A stretch of 51,799 bases of DNA from a virus, in the IMG/VR virus record IMGVR_UViG_3300025141_000053, positions 32,001 to 83,799 of that record. One strand, written 5' to 3'. Shown one piece after another: positions 1 through 8,906 of this stretch (positions are counted from its first letter, which is position 1; each line of letters opens with the position of its first letter). The translations under genes and the position numbers were made by a program. The notes beneath the pieces are model-generated. The model saw nothing but the letters and a program-made list of their open reading frames with translations. It made no database searches and was not told the origin of the DNA.

Positions 1-1
1 C

Positions 2-1423
2 AAAAGTACAATTACTTTTGATGGCGAACTTGTTAGGGGAGCTTTAGAAAAAAGTGCCAAACAGGTAAATAAGTCGGTTAAGGTTAATGGTTTTAGGCAG
101 GGTAAGGTTCCATTAAAAATTCTTGAGAACTTTCACCCGGAGAAGATTTCAGGTGGAGCCATGAATATGTTAATGGATGAAGGATTTCGCTTAACAGTTC
201 AAGAGAATAAGTTTATGCCATTAAGAGACCCAAAACTATTAAAAATTAATACTTATCCAGACAAAGAAGATGGTTTCGAGTTTGAATTAGAGATTGATGG
301 GATGTATGAAATTGATCCCATTGGTTATCTAAACATGAAACTTGAAGTTCCAAAATATAATGTTGATAAAAGTATTGACGAATATTTAAAATATTTAAAA
401 TCACAACATCCACAAATGGTAGAATCTGAAGAAGTACAAGATGGTTCTAATATTAAATGTGATTATTCCATTAGGTTGGGGGATGAACTTATTGGGGAAG
501 ATAAAGATCAAACTGTTCCGGTATATGATACAGAATTAACTATTTTCGGTTCTCAATTGCTTGGGGCCAAAAAGAACAGTTCAGTAGAATACGATTATGT
601 TTTACCAGAAAATTTCCCAAAAAATCCTGGAGAAAAAGTTACTATTGTTATAGACATAAAGGAAATTTTTGAAAGAAGAGACCCTGATCTTGAGGAACTT
701 GTTAAAAGTTTAGGAACCACTGAAGAAAAATTAATGGAATTTGCCAAGCATCAAGTTAATAGTTCTTTGGAAAATAATAAAATGTCAGTTCTCAATGAGC
801 AGATAGTTGATAAGTTAGTAGAAACAAATGAATTTGAGCCACCAGCGATATTAGTTGATGAGGAATTAAATATTATTAAAGCAGGTAATCAAAATCATTG
901 TGGCGAAAGATGTGGTGGTCATGATCATGGTCATCATGGTTGCGACGGAGATGGTTGTGGTGACAAATATAATTGTGAAAAAGAGGATTGTGATAGCAAG
1001 AGCGAAGATGAGGAATTAAGAAGTCAGGCAGAAAAAAGAGTAAAGTCTGCTTATATATTGAATAGAATATATAATATGGAAGCAGAGTTAGCCATAACAA
1101 AGGATGAAGTAAATAAATTTCTTGAAATGGAGGCACAATCACAAGGGACAACAAAACAAATTTTATTAAAGAAAATAAAAGAAAATAATGTTTATGATCA
1201 ATTTATTGGTAATTTAAGAAATAGAAAAATTATGTCTTTTATTATGTCTAATGCGACAATTACGGAAAGAGAAGAGGAGGAGACTCAGGTAGAGGAAACT
1301 CAGGTAGAGGAAACTCAGGTAGAGGAAACTCAGGTAGAGGAAACTCAGGTAGAGGAAACTCAGGTAGAGGAAACTCAGGTAGAGGAAACTCAAACAGATG
1401 GAGAAGAAAATGTCAGCAGTTGA
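2..1423 (+). CDS. tig: Trigger factor-like chaperone (5' end lies upstream of the window)
   Basis: The frame is open from nt 2, upstream of the track's ATG at 161, and reads ...KSVKVNGFRQGKVP, the GFRxGxxP ribosome-binding signature of trigger factor. An FKBP-like middle and a helical C domain (AEKRVKSAYILNRI) follow. It has a His/Cys-rich insert and an acidic repeat tail. Confidence 0.85.
   Translation, partial: KSTITFDGELVRGALEKSAKQVNKSVKVNGFRQGKVPLKILENFHPEKISGGAMNMLMDEGFRLTVQENKFMPLRDPKLLKINTYPDKEDGFEFELEIDGMYEIDPIGYLNMKLEVPKYNVDKSIDEYLKYLKSQHPQMVESEEVQDGSNIKCDYSIRLGDELIGEDKDQTVPVYDTELTIFGSQLLGAKKNSSVEYDYVLPENFPKNPGEKVTIVIDIKEIFERRDPDLEELVKSLGTTEEKLMEFAKHQVNSSLENNKMSVLNEQIVDKLVETNEFEPPAILVDEELNIIKAGNQNHCGERCGGHDHGHHGCDGDGCGDKYNCEKEDCDSKSEDEELRSQAEKRVKSAYILNRIYNMEAELAITKDEVNKFLEMEAQSQGTTKQILLKKIKENNVYDQFIGNLRNRKIMSFIMSNATITEREEEETQVEETQVEETQVEETQVEETQVEETQVEETQVEETQTDGEENVSS
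1277..1396 (+). repeat. 15-nt tandem repeat encoding (EETQV)7-EETQT
   Basis: gaggaaactcaggta units are directly visible: 7 full copies plus 1 degenerate. Confidence 0.97.
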
Positions 1424-1676
1424 ACTAGAAGGAATTGTGCCAGCAGAAGATTATCTGTTGGTGGAAAAGGTAGAAGAAACAGAAACAAGTAGTGGATTAA
1501 TAGTTTTATCATCAACATTAAATTTGGTAAGAATAATGGCCAGTAACATTCCAGGAGCAGAATATGATCCCGGCATTATAGGCATTCTATTTAAGGCACC
1601 AGAAAATGATCTTCGCAATGGTCAATATTTAACTCATAAGACAAATTTAATTGGAACAGCAAGCATAAAGGAGTAA
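1410..1676 (+). CDS. groES: GroES/Cpn10-like co-chaperonin
   Basis: IVPAEDYLLVEKVEETETSSGLIV matches the GroES N-terminal strand and mobile loop (P..D.(L/V)LV...E..T.SGLI). Size is 88 aa, with a GGAG SD before ATG 1410. Confidence 0.65.
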   Translation: MSAVELEGIVPAEDYLLVEKVEETETSSGLIVLSSTLNLVRIMASNIPGAEYDPGIIGILFKAPENDLRNGQYLTHKTNLIGTASIKE

Positions 1677-1679
1677 GAA

Positions 1680-1889
1680 ATGGCAGATTCAGTACAAGAA
1701 GTAAGAGGATTCGTAGTAAATAATTTTCAGGTAAAGCAAGATACTGTAAAGCTTGTTTTAGTTGCTGATAAGGATGATATTGGGTCAGGTTCTTTGACTC
1801 TTGGAGATGTCCTTACAGCATTAGAGATTCATGCTACATCAGAGGCTGATGTGGGTTTAGTAGTGGCACCAGCAGAACAGGGTGTTTAA
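1680..1889 (+). CDS. Hypothetical protein (69 aa)
   Basis: ORF with AGGAG SD, tightly packed with neighbours. Confidence 0.7.
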   Translation: MADSVQEVRGFVVNNFQVKQDTVKLVLVADKDDIGSGSLTLGDVLTALEIHATSEADVGLVVAPAEQGV

Positions 1890-2188
1890 TGGTTAACTTC
1901 TCTAAACAGAGAGTTAATACATGTGTTAAGTTTGCAAAAGCATTTAGTTATTCCCTTCCTATAAAAATTACTCATAATATAACCCAATATTTAAACCCAT
2001 ATGCCAAGGAAACTTGGCCTTTTAAGCATACCAATATGCTTAGAATGGATGGAAAGAAATTTTTAATAAATGGAATGGGTGATACACACATACTAACTGT
2101 TACAATAAGAAAAGACGCAACTCAACAAGATATTGATGCGTTAGACAAATCACTTGATTTATATATAGACTTTCAGAAAGGAAAATAA
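1889..2188 (+). CDS. Hypothetical protein (99 aa)
   Basis: ORF coupled to both neighbours by TAATG overlaps. Confidence 0.7.
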   Translation: MVNFSKQRVNTCVKFAKAFSYSLPIKITHNITQYLNPYAKETWPFKHTNMLRMDGKKFLINGMGDTHILTVTIRKDATQQDIDALDKSLDLYIDFQKGK

Positions 2189-5100
2189 TGGATTTCGTTC
2201 ATCTTCATACACATACAAGTTTAGGATCTATGTTAGATGCTATGACATCTGTCAAAGATTTATTTACAATGGCAAAGGCGGCAAATCAAAAAGCCATTGC
2301 TATTACAGAACATGGCACATTGGCATCTTGTTTAGATGCTTATAATATGTACAAAGAGACGGGAGTAAAATATATTCCTGGTATGGAAGCATATGTTACT
2401 GACACTTATGAGGGGAAAGTGGCAGAAACTGGAAGAAAAATAACAACTTATGAAAAACGTAGACATCTTGTATTATTAGCACAAAATGAAGAAGGATGGA
2501 AGAATTTACTCAAACTGTGTTATATTGGTTTTCAAAATCATTTAGTATTCATTGGAAGAGTTTGGCCAAGGATATCTATGGATGATCTATCTGAATATTC
2601 AGAAGGTATTATAGCAACAACGGCTTGTGCTTCTGGATACGTTGCTCAACCCTATCTTAATGAAGGTTATGAGGCTGCTGAGGAGAAATTAGATGTTCTT
2701 AGAAATATTTTCCCAGGAAGATTATTTTTGGAGCTTCAACCACACGCATTAAAGAATGAGAGAATTGATCAAGATGCTTTAAATACGGCAATGATCGAAT
2801 TACATGAAAAATATGATATTCCTTTAACAGTTGGTATTGATGTTCACTATAGAACACATGCAGCAGAGGAATATCATGATGTTTTATTGGCAATAAATGA
2901 TAAAAAAGCATTAGATGATCCAAGTAGACACAGATATGGAATTAGTGAGTTTTACTTTAAGACGCCCGAGCAGATTCATGATTTCTTATCTGAGAAATAT
3001 GGAGAAAAAATTGCGACGAAAGCAATTGCTGGAACTGTAGAAATTGCAGACATGTGTGAACCTCCAGATTATATGGAAACTATAGGACATAGACTTCCCC
3101 AATTTGATGTTAAGTCTAAGAGTGATTATGATGTTTTTATGGAATGGAAAAATCAGGAATTTCCAGAAATCGATGAAGACATTTCTTATATGAGATATAA
3201 GTGTATTGAGAATTTTAAAAAGAAATTTGGACATTTGAATAAAAAAGATCGTAGAGAGCGGTGGAATAGAGTTAAGAAAGAGGTTGCGGTTCTTGAATCA
3301 AATAAGTTCTCTTCATATATGTTAATTGTTTCTGATTTTATTAAGTGGGCGAAAGATAATGGAATCTTAGTTGGTGTTGGAAGAGGAAGTGATGGTGGAT
3401 GTATGGTCGCCTATCTTTTAGATATTCATGGAGTAGATCCAATTAAATATGGACTTCTATTTGAGAGATTTCAAAATGCTTATAAAACAGATTTACCAGA
3501 TATTGACACAGACTTTACTTCTGCGGGTCGTGATATCGTTATGGATTATGTTAGAAATAAATATGGGGCAGATCATTGTGCTCAAGTTTCAAACATTAAC
3601 ACATATACTGCCAAAAGTATTATTCCTGATTTAACTAGATCCATGAGAGTGCCAGATTATTGGAGAGTGTCGGCTCAAATTAAAGATGCTATTCCCTTGG
3701 AAGATGGCAATGGAAAGCCAATAAAGACATTAAAAGATGCTCTTGAAGCATCTAAGAAGTTGCGAGATTTTGCTGAAGTATACCCCAAATTAATGGAATA
3801 TGCTGCTGAAATTGTTGGTCTTGAAAAAGAGTTCAGCACTCACGCTGCTGCTATGGTTATTGCTAATGAGCCAATAATTAATTTTGCACCATTACGAGTT
3901 GATAAAAATGGTATGACGGCAACCCAGTATGAAAAGAATAGGAGTGAAAATGTTGGGCTTGCAAAAATGGACTTCTTAGCCATTTCAACACTTGATGTTA
4001 TTGATGAAACTTTTAGAAATATGAGAAAACTTGGGGTAAATACTCCAAAGAAAATGGAAGATATTCCTCTTAACGATGTTGAGACATATAAAATGATTCA
4101 AAAAGGTGATACAAAATGTATATTTCAGTTGGGTAAATCTGGCATGATGCAAAATCTATGTAAGAGGATTCGGCCAAATAAAATTTTAGATATTGCGATA
4201 GTTAATGCGTTAGGTCGTCCTTCATCAAAAGATGACAGAGATCCTTTTATTGAAAGAAGAAATGGCAAAAGGGCTGTTACATATTTACATCCAAGTCTTA
4301 AGTGTTTAGAAGAAACATATGGTATTTGTTTATTTGAAGAGCAACTTATGAGTGTCGCTAAAAATGTTGCAGGATGGGATCTTAACAAGGCAGATGGGCT
4401 AAGAAAGTATACTAAACTTAAGGGAAAAAAACCAGAGTTAGCAGAGCAACTTGAAATAGATTTTATTAAAGGGGCGATGGATACTCATGGAATGGAATAT
4501 GAATTAGCTCTTGAAATATGGAAAACGGTTGTTCAAAAATTCTCTGGATATGGTTTTAATAAAACTATCAATAAAGATACATTAATAATAACAGATGGTG
4601 GAATAAAAAAAGTACAAGATTGTTCCAATAAAGATTATGTATTTTGTGTTGACAATGATAGAGAAATTCAGAAAACTAAAATTGTAGATTTACATGATCA
4701 TGGAATAGTTCCATTATGGGAGGTAGAATTTGATGACGGAACTATTGAAAAATGCACACTTGATCACAAGTGGATTACCAATGAGGGGAAATTACCCCTC
4801 TGGGAAATCCTTGAAAGAGATAAGGGAGTATTTCGAATCAGCGAAATGGATTTGCAAAAGTTGCATGATAATTTTTCAGACACAAGAGAAAATGTATCAA
4901 CACAAAAGAAGTTGCTTGGCTCATCGAAGAAATGTAAAAACGGGATCATTGGCATTAAGGACTGTAGAATTTCTATGTGGGAAGAAACTGGAGATAACCC
5001 AAAAAGAAGCGAAGTTACATCGGAAAATATGCAAACAATGCATATTGAAAAGAAGGGAAATACGAAAAGTAACACGATCCCAGTCAAACAAGTCAAAAGA

Positions 5101-6675
5101 AATGAGAAATATCGCCTCAAAAACAGCAAAGATTACGTCAGCCAGGCCAGATATCCAAAAGCAAAGAGCGGCTGTATTACAAAAATGGAGAGAGGAACAC
5201 CCAGAGAAATTTATGGAGATAATGAGGAAGGGACAATGCTCTCCCAAAAGGTCCAAAATGGAACAGTGGATGGAACCAGGTTTACAAAAAATGGGATTCA
5301 AGAGAAATGTGATATTTTACTGCGGGAAGACACAAAAGCAAGTAGATTTTATAAATCGTCAAATGAAGGTAATAATAGAAATAGATGGACCTTGGCATTT
5401 TCTACCACTTCATGGGAAAGAAGTTTTAGAGAAAACACAGGGAAGAGATCGGATGTTGGAAAAAGAAATAATGAAAAGGGAGGAGTGGAAATTAATAAGA
5501 ATTTCTATGGAGAACTTCAAGACTTGTGGGAAAATTATTTCAAAGAAAAAATTGAATTCTTTAGAAAAAATAATAATGAAAAAAGATCAGAAAACCAAGA
5601 AGATAGTCGCTATAGGAAAATTATACGAATCAATTATATTGGAAAACAACAGGGTTATGATATTGAAGTAGAACACTCATCACATAATTTCCTATTGGCT
5701 TCTGGTTTTGCCACATCTAATTCTCACGCTATATTCTATTCTATTAATGGATATTATACAGCATATTTAAAAAGATATTTCCCAGCAGCATTTCTGGCTG
5801 CTAAATTAAAAATTGAGACACTTAAAAACTCTTTAACATCTCCAGAAGAAATTTCTTCAGCAAAAATGGAATGTAGAAGACTTGGAATCAAATATCTTCC
5901 ACCTGATATTAACAGAAGTAATAGTGGATATGAGGTTTTAGATGAAAAAACTATAGTTATGGGATTTTCAGCGATTAAGGGTCTTGGAGAAAAGGCTATT
6001 GATAATGTGGTAGAGAATCAACCTTACGAGTCTTTATCTGAATTCTTTGCTAAAACTCAAGGTAGACTTGTAAATAAGACAAGAGTTGAGGTTCTTGCTA
6101 AGGGTGGAGCTTTTGATTCTTTAAATTTAAGCAGAAAAGTAATTTGTGAAAATGCTGTAAAATTAAGAACAAAGGTTTCCAATTTCATTAGGAAAAAGGA
6201 AAAGAAGAAAGAAAATCCGCTAGATTACTTGGGTGAATTATCTTTTAAATTATCAGATGAAGAGTGGGACAGAGCAGAATTTTTAATTAAGGAACGAGAA
6301 GTTCTTGCTGAAGTTATTTCTGGATCACTGGGAGAATTATATCCTGGATTTTTTACTGGTATGTCTTCTCCAATTGCATCGATAAAGAGTATGCCAGAAA
6401 AGAACTCTGCTATGTTTGAGGTAATTGTTAAATCAGAATTAAGAGAATTTGTTATTAAAAAGAAAGGAAGGTGGCAGGGTAAAAAGATGGTCAAATACAA
6501 AATATCAGATCAATTTGGCGATGAAACAGAATTAACTGTTTGGCCAACAGATTATAATTTGGCCAAGAAAATGATAGTTGAGGGAGAACCTATTAAAATC
6601 ATTGCAGAAGTAAGTTTATTTGGCGGTGATAGATCTTTGGTGTTAAAAAGTTTTGAGAAATTTTACACTAAATAG
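2188..6675 (+). CDS. dnaE: DNA polymerase III alpha subunit (DnaE, family C) with intein
   Basis: PHP motifs HLHTH, ITEHG, GMEAY, HLVLLA; GRGS; LLFERF; catalytic PDIDTD; KMDFL; GYGFNK//SHA interrupted by an intein; LPPDINRS; C-terminal OB-like region. Confidence 0.97.
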   Translation: MDFVHLHTHTSLGSMLDAMTSVKDLFTMAKAANQKAIAITEHGTLASCLDAYNMYKETGVKYIPGMEAYVTDTYEGKVAETGRKITTYEKRRHLVLLAQNEEGWKNLLKLCYIGFQNHLVFIGRVWPRISMDDLSEYSEGIIATTACASGYVAQPYLNEGYEAAEEKLDVLRNIFPGRLFLELQPHALKNERIDQDALNTAMIELHEKYDIPLTVGIDVHYRTHAAEEYHDVLLAINDKKALDDPSRHRYGISEFYFKTPEQIHDFLSEKYGEKIATKAIAGTVEIADMCEPPDYMETIGHRLPQFDVKSKSDYDVFMEWKNQEFPEIDEDISYMRYKCIENFKKKFGHLNKKDRRERWNRVKKEVAVLESNKFSSYMLIVSDFIKWAKDNGILVGVGRGSDGGCMVAYLLDIHGVDPIKYGLLFERFQNAYKTDLPDIDTDFTSAGRDIVMDYVRNKYGADHCAQVSNINTYTAKSIIPDLTRSMRVPDYWRVSAQIKDAIPLEDGNGKPIKTLKDALEASKKLRDFAEVYPKLMEYAAEIVGLEKEFSTHAAAMVIANEPIINFAPLRVDKNGMTATQYEKNRSENVGLAKMDFLAISTLDVIDETFRNMRKLGVNTPKKMEDIPLNDVETYKMIQKGDTKCIFQLGKSGMMQNLCKRIRPNKILDIAIVNALGRPSSKDDRDPFIERRNGKRAVTYLHPSLKCLEETYGICLFEEQLMSVAKNVAGWDLNKADGLRKYTKLKGKKPELAEQLEIDFIKGAMDTHGMEYELALEIWKTVVQKFSGYGFNKTINKDTLIITDGGIKKVQDCSNKDYVFCVDNDREIQKTKIVDLHDHGIVPLWEVEFDDGTIEKCTLDHKWITNEGKLPLWEILERDKGVFRISEMDLQKLHDNFSDTRENVSTQKKLLGSSKKCKNGIIGIKDCRISMWEETGDNPKRSEVTSENMQTMHIEKKGNTKSNTIPVKQVKRNEKYRLKNSKDYVSQARYPKAKSGCITKMERGTPREIYGDNEEGTMLSQKVQNGTVDGTRFTKNGIQEKCDILLREDTKASRFYKSSNEGNNRNRWTLAFSTTSWERSFRENTGKRSDVGKRNNEKGGVEINKNFYGELQDLWENYFKEKIEFFRKNNNEKRSENQEDSRYRKIIRINYIGKQQGYDIEVEHSSHNFLLASGFATSNSHAIFYSINGYYTAYLKRYFPAAFLAAKLKIETLKNSLTSPEEISSAKMECRRLGIKYLPPDINRSNSGYEVLDEKTIVMGFSAIKGLGEKAIDNVVENQPYESLSEFFAKTQGRLVNKTRVEVLAKGGAFDSLNLSRKVICENAVKLRTKVSNFIRKKEKKKENPLDYLGELSFKLSDEEWDRAEFLIKEREVLAEVISGSLGELYPGFFTGMSSPIASIKSMPEKNSAMFEVIVKSELREFVIKKKGRWQGKKMVKYKISDQFGDETELTVWPTDYNLAKKMIVEGEPIKIIAEVSLFGGDRSLVLKSFEKFYTK
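4564..5721 (+). mobile_element. Intein in DnaE (386 aa, inserted at GFNK|SHA)
   Basis: Block A TINKDTLIIT, block B KCTLDHKWIT (TxxH), block F GYDIEVEHSSHNFLL, block G GFATSN followed by Ser(+1). Removing it restores the conserved GFNKSHA. Confidence 0.92.
4733..5671 (+). CDS. Putative homing endonuclease (Zn-finger + basic linker + Vsr/DUF559-like nuclease) in the +1 frame inside the intein
   Basis: C2H2-like CKSC..F.....YQHKRSC, then CKQC, a basic NUMOD-like stretch, and SKME...VDF...KVIIEIDGPWH...RD...WKLIRI typical of Vsr/DUF559 nucleases. GGGAGGT SD at 4718-4724, 8 nt before ATG 4733. Confidence 0.8.
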   Translation: MTELLKNAHLITSGLPMRGNYPSGKSLKEIREYFESAKWICKSCMIIFQTQEKMYQHKRSCLAHRRNVKTGSLALRTVEFLCGKKLEITQKEAKLHRKICKQCILKRREIRKVTRSQSNKSKEMRNIASKTAKITSARPDIQKQRAAVLQKWREEHPEKFMEIMRKGQCSPKRSKMEQWMEPGLQKMGFKRNVIFYCGKTQKQVDFINRQMKVIIEIDGPWHFLPLHGKEVLEKTQGRDRMLEKEIMKREEWKLIRISMENFKTCGKIISKKKLNSLEKIIMKKDQKTKKIVAIGKLYESIILENNRVMILK

Positions 6676-6696
6676 AAAATATACTAATATTTTTGC

Positions 6697-6724
6697 TTGA
6701 CAATTATTAATAAAAACTTATTAT
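6697..6724 (+). promoter_or_regulatory. Possible sigma70-type promoter TTGACA-N16-TATTAT
   Basis: Perfect -35 hexamer and 5/6 -10 in the gap after dnaE. The 16-nt spacer and AT-rich background make it uncertain. Confidence 0.3.
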
Positions 6725-6750
6725 TTAGTAAAAATAGGAAGGTGTTATAT

Positions 6751-7461
6751 ATGAAATGCTTTAATTGTAAAATAGAAATCCCGGCAACTTTTGAATTTGC
6801 CTTGTCTCAAAACAAATGTCCAGCATGTGGAGAAGAAATTCTTGATGAGGAAACTAGGGCACTTAAGGGTGATATTATAGAATATGTTGGAAGTTCTATT
6901 ACTTTACGGCCAGAAACTCTTGAAAAGTTGTCTATGATGTTGATAACAAGATATAATATACAAGGAATTTCTTCTAATGTACCTTATAAGAGAACTACTA
7001 ATACAAGAAAGGCATTAATTCAAGAAGTTTCAGAAGAAGTTGGAGAGGAAGTTGAAGAAGAAATATATGATGCTGAAGAAGAAATTAAGAAACTTCAAGA
7101 AAAAAGAGATAGGGAGATAGAGAATAAAGAGTTAGATGAGTTAAAGGGTGAAGCATTAAAAGAAGCACTAAAAGCAAAGTATAATCTAAGTTTTGGTGAG
7201 GAAGATGCTCCATCAAGAGGTCTTTCTGCTTCTATCTCCTCGACAGATTTTGATGAAACAGAGTTACCCAATGCTATAAGACAACGTATTGAAGTTGAAG
7301 AAGCAACAAAGTTATCGGCAAGTGATATGGCTACAGCCACAAGCAATGCTGATTTTGGAGATATAAATCCAATATTAGAAGCAGCACGTTTAAAAAATAA
7401 GGTAAAAACAGCCAGAGCAATGGAAGGTGGTGGAGATGCTTCTTTTAGGAGAACAGTGTGA
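6751..7461 (+). CDS. Zn-ribbon protein with acidic coiled-coil
   Basis: MKCFNC...KCPACG. ATG 6751 has an AGGAAGGTG SD and is a better start than the track's TTG 6697. Confidence 0.7.
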   Translation: MKCFNCKIEIPATFEFALSQNKCPACGEEILDEETRALKGDIIEYVGSSITLRPETLEKLSMMLITRYNIQGISSNVPYKRTTNTRKALIQEVSEEVGEEVEEEIYDAEEEIKKLQEKRDREIENKELDELKGEALKEALKAKYNLSFGEEDAPSRGLSASISSTDFDETELPNAIRQRIEVEEATKLSASDMATATSNADFGDINPILEAARLKNKVKTARAMEGGGDASFRRTV

Positions 7462-7739
7462 TAGTTCCAATTAATCATTTACCAGTTGAAATGACAAATG
7501 ATGAACATGATTATTTTCAACAATTATCTCAAAATTTAAGTGATAATGGAATCTCAATTTCAAATCAACTTAGAGGTGCTTTTGATGTTGACGAAAATGG
7601 AATTATACTTATTATTAAACCATTGCCCGGAAAACAAATTCAATGGGGAGTTTTATTTTTCCTACAAAATCTGATGATTAATCAGCGATTAAGAAAAATG
7701 GAAAATCTTATAGAAATTAATAAGGAGAAAGATGTCTAA
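7458..7739 (+). CDS. Hypothetical protein (93 aa)
   Basis: GTG start overlapping the upstream stop, with AGGAG SD. Confidence 0.65.
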   Translation: MIVPINHLPVEMTNDEHDYFQQLSQNLSDNGISISNQLRGAFDVDENGIILIIKPLPGKQIQWGVLFFLQNLMINQRLRKMENLIEINKEKDV

Positions 7740-8247
7740 AGTGTTAGAAAATTTATTTCCTGATAATTTTAATCTAGGTGATGTAAACTTAGATGAAATT
7801 CAGGAAATAACAAGACAAATACCGAGAGATGGCCATGTAGATTTAAATACTGCCGAAGATTTGGCAGTTCAATTTTTAAGAGGAGCTGATAGATGTGATG
7901 AATTTTACACCACAATTATTTGGCTTGTACAAGAAAAGGAGGACTACAGGAAGAAGATTTTTTCGGAAGCAGTATTATCAAGAGCAACGAGTGAGGGAGC
8001 AAAGAATATTTCAGAAAAGAAAATATATGCCGAGTCAGACTCCGAATATTTAGAGGCATGTAAGCAATATAATAAAATTATAGCCATAAAGAAATGGTTA
8101 GAAAATAAGAAGAGCAGCCTGGTCAGCGCACACTATCTCATGAAAGACATATTAAAAAGAGGTCACGAAGGTGCTGCTAGTTTCAGCGGCAGATCACGAC
8201 AAACACAAACAGAAATGTCTTGCGGAGAGCAAGGGTGGACAGACTAA
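7732..8247 (+). CDS. Helical protein, possibly a UvsY-like recombination mediator
   Basis: All-helical; EKKIYAESDSEY...KKWLENKKSSL...YLMK resembles the UvsY pattern. Lies just upstream of the SSB gene and near RecA. Confidence 0.4.
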   Translation: MSKVLENLFPDNFNLGDVNLDEIQEITRQIPRDGHVDLNTAEDLAVQFLRGADRCDEFYTTIIWLVQEKEDYRKKIFSEAVLSRATSEGAKNISEKKIYAESDSEYLEACKQYNKIIAIKKWLENKKSSLVSAHYLMKDILKRGHEGAASFSGRSRQTQTEMSCGEQGWTD

Positions 8248-8289
8248 TACAAACAAAAAAGTGTAATATACACAAAAAAGGAGACACGA

Positions 8290-8901
8290 ATGGAACACAA
8301 GACTGGAGAAACTAACTGGGGCGACACAAAAACTAGCGGTGGAAATGACTTTATTAACCTCGTAGAAGGCGAGAATAGGTTCAGAGTATCCACAAAACCT
8401 TATCAATTTGTCGTTCACTGGATCACAGATCCCTCTGGTGCCAAGAAAAAACTCAGATGTTCAACAAAGAATTGTCCTATTTGTCAGAATATGGACGTTA
8501 AGGCTCAGTATCGTTGGTATATCGGAGTGCTTGCTCGTAAGGGTGAAAAATCAAGTACTGGAATTCTAGAAATTTCTTCACAGATTATGACTGGAATTAA
8601 GGGACTTGTAGCAGATGACGATTGGGGCAACCCTAGCAATTATGATGTTGTAGTAACTCGTGGACCAAAGGGGACTAATCCTCTTTACACAGTTACTCCA
8701 AAGCCTCATAAGAAGCTTGCTAAGGCAGATCAGAAAATGGTCGAATCTTTTCTAGAAGATCTTGATCTTAGTAAGATGGTTGTGCCACCAACTGCTGAAA
8801 CTCTAACATCAAAATTAACTGAACTTGGATTTACTGATCTGGGGTCCGATGAGGATTCTAATGATAGTGATGAAGATACATTTAATTTCGAAAATGAGTA
8901 G
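8290..8901 (+). CDS. Single-stranded DNA-binding protein, T4 gp32-like
   Basis: FINLVEGENRFRV, C..KNCPIC Zn site, RWYIGV, DWGNPSNYDVVVTRGPKG..YTVTP, strongly acidic C-tail. Confidence 0.7.
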   Translation: MEHKTGETNWGDTKTSGGNDFINLVEGENRFRVSTKPYQFVVHWITDPSGAKKKLRCSTKNCPICQNMDVKAQYRWYIGVLARKGEKSSTGILEISSQIMTGIKGLVADDDWGNPSNYDVVVTRGPKGTNPLYTVTPKPHKKLAKADQKMVESFLEDLDLSKMVVPPTAETLTSKLTELGFTDLGSDEDSNDSDEDTFNFENE

Positions 8902-8906
8902 GATTT

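Noticed and set aside
1277-1396. Tandem repeats here and at 46796-46894 as CRISPR arrays
   Set aside because: The units are contiguous with no spacers, lie in frame within coding sequence, and no cas genes are present.
4564-5721. Class 3 intein, or a group I intron explanation for the DnaE insertion
   Set aside because: Block F4 is Asp rather than Cys, so the WCT triad is incomplete. Protein-splicing blocks A/B/F/G are in frame at both ends, so an intron is unnecessary.
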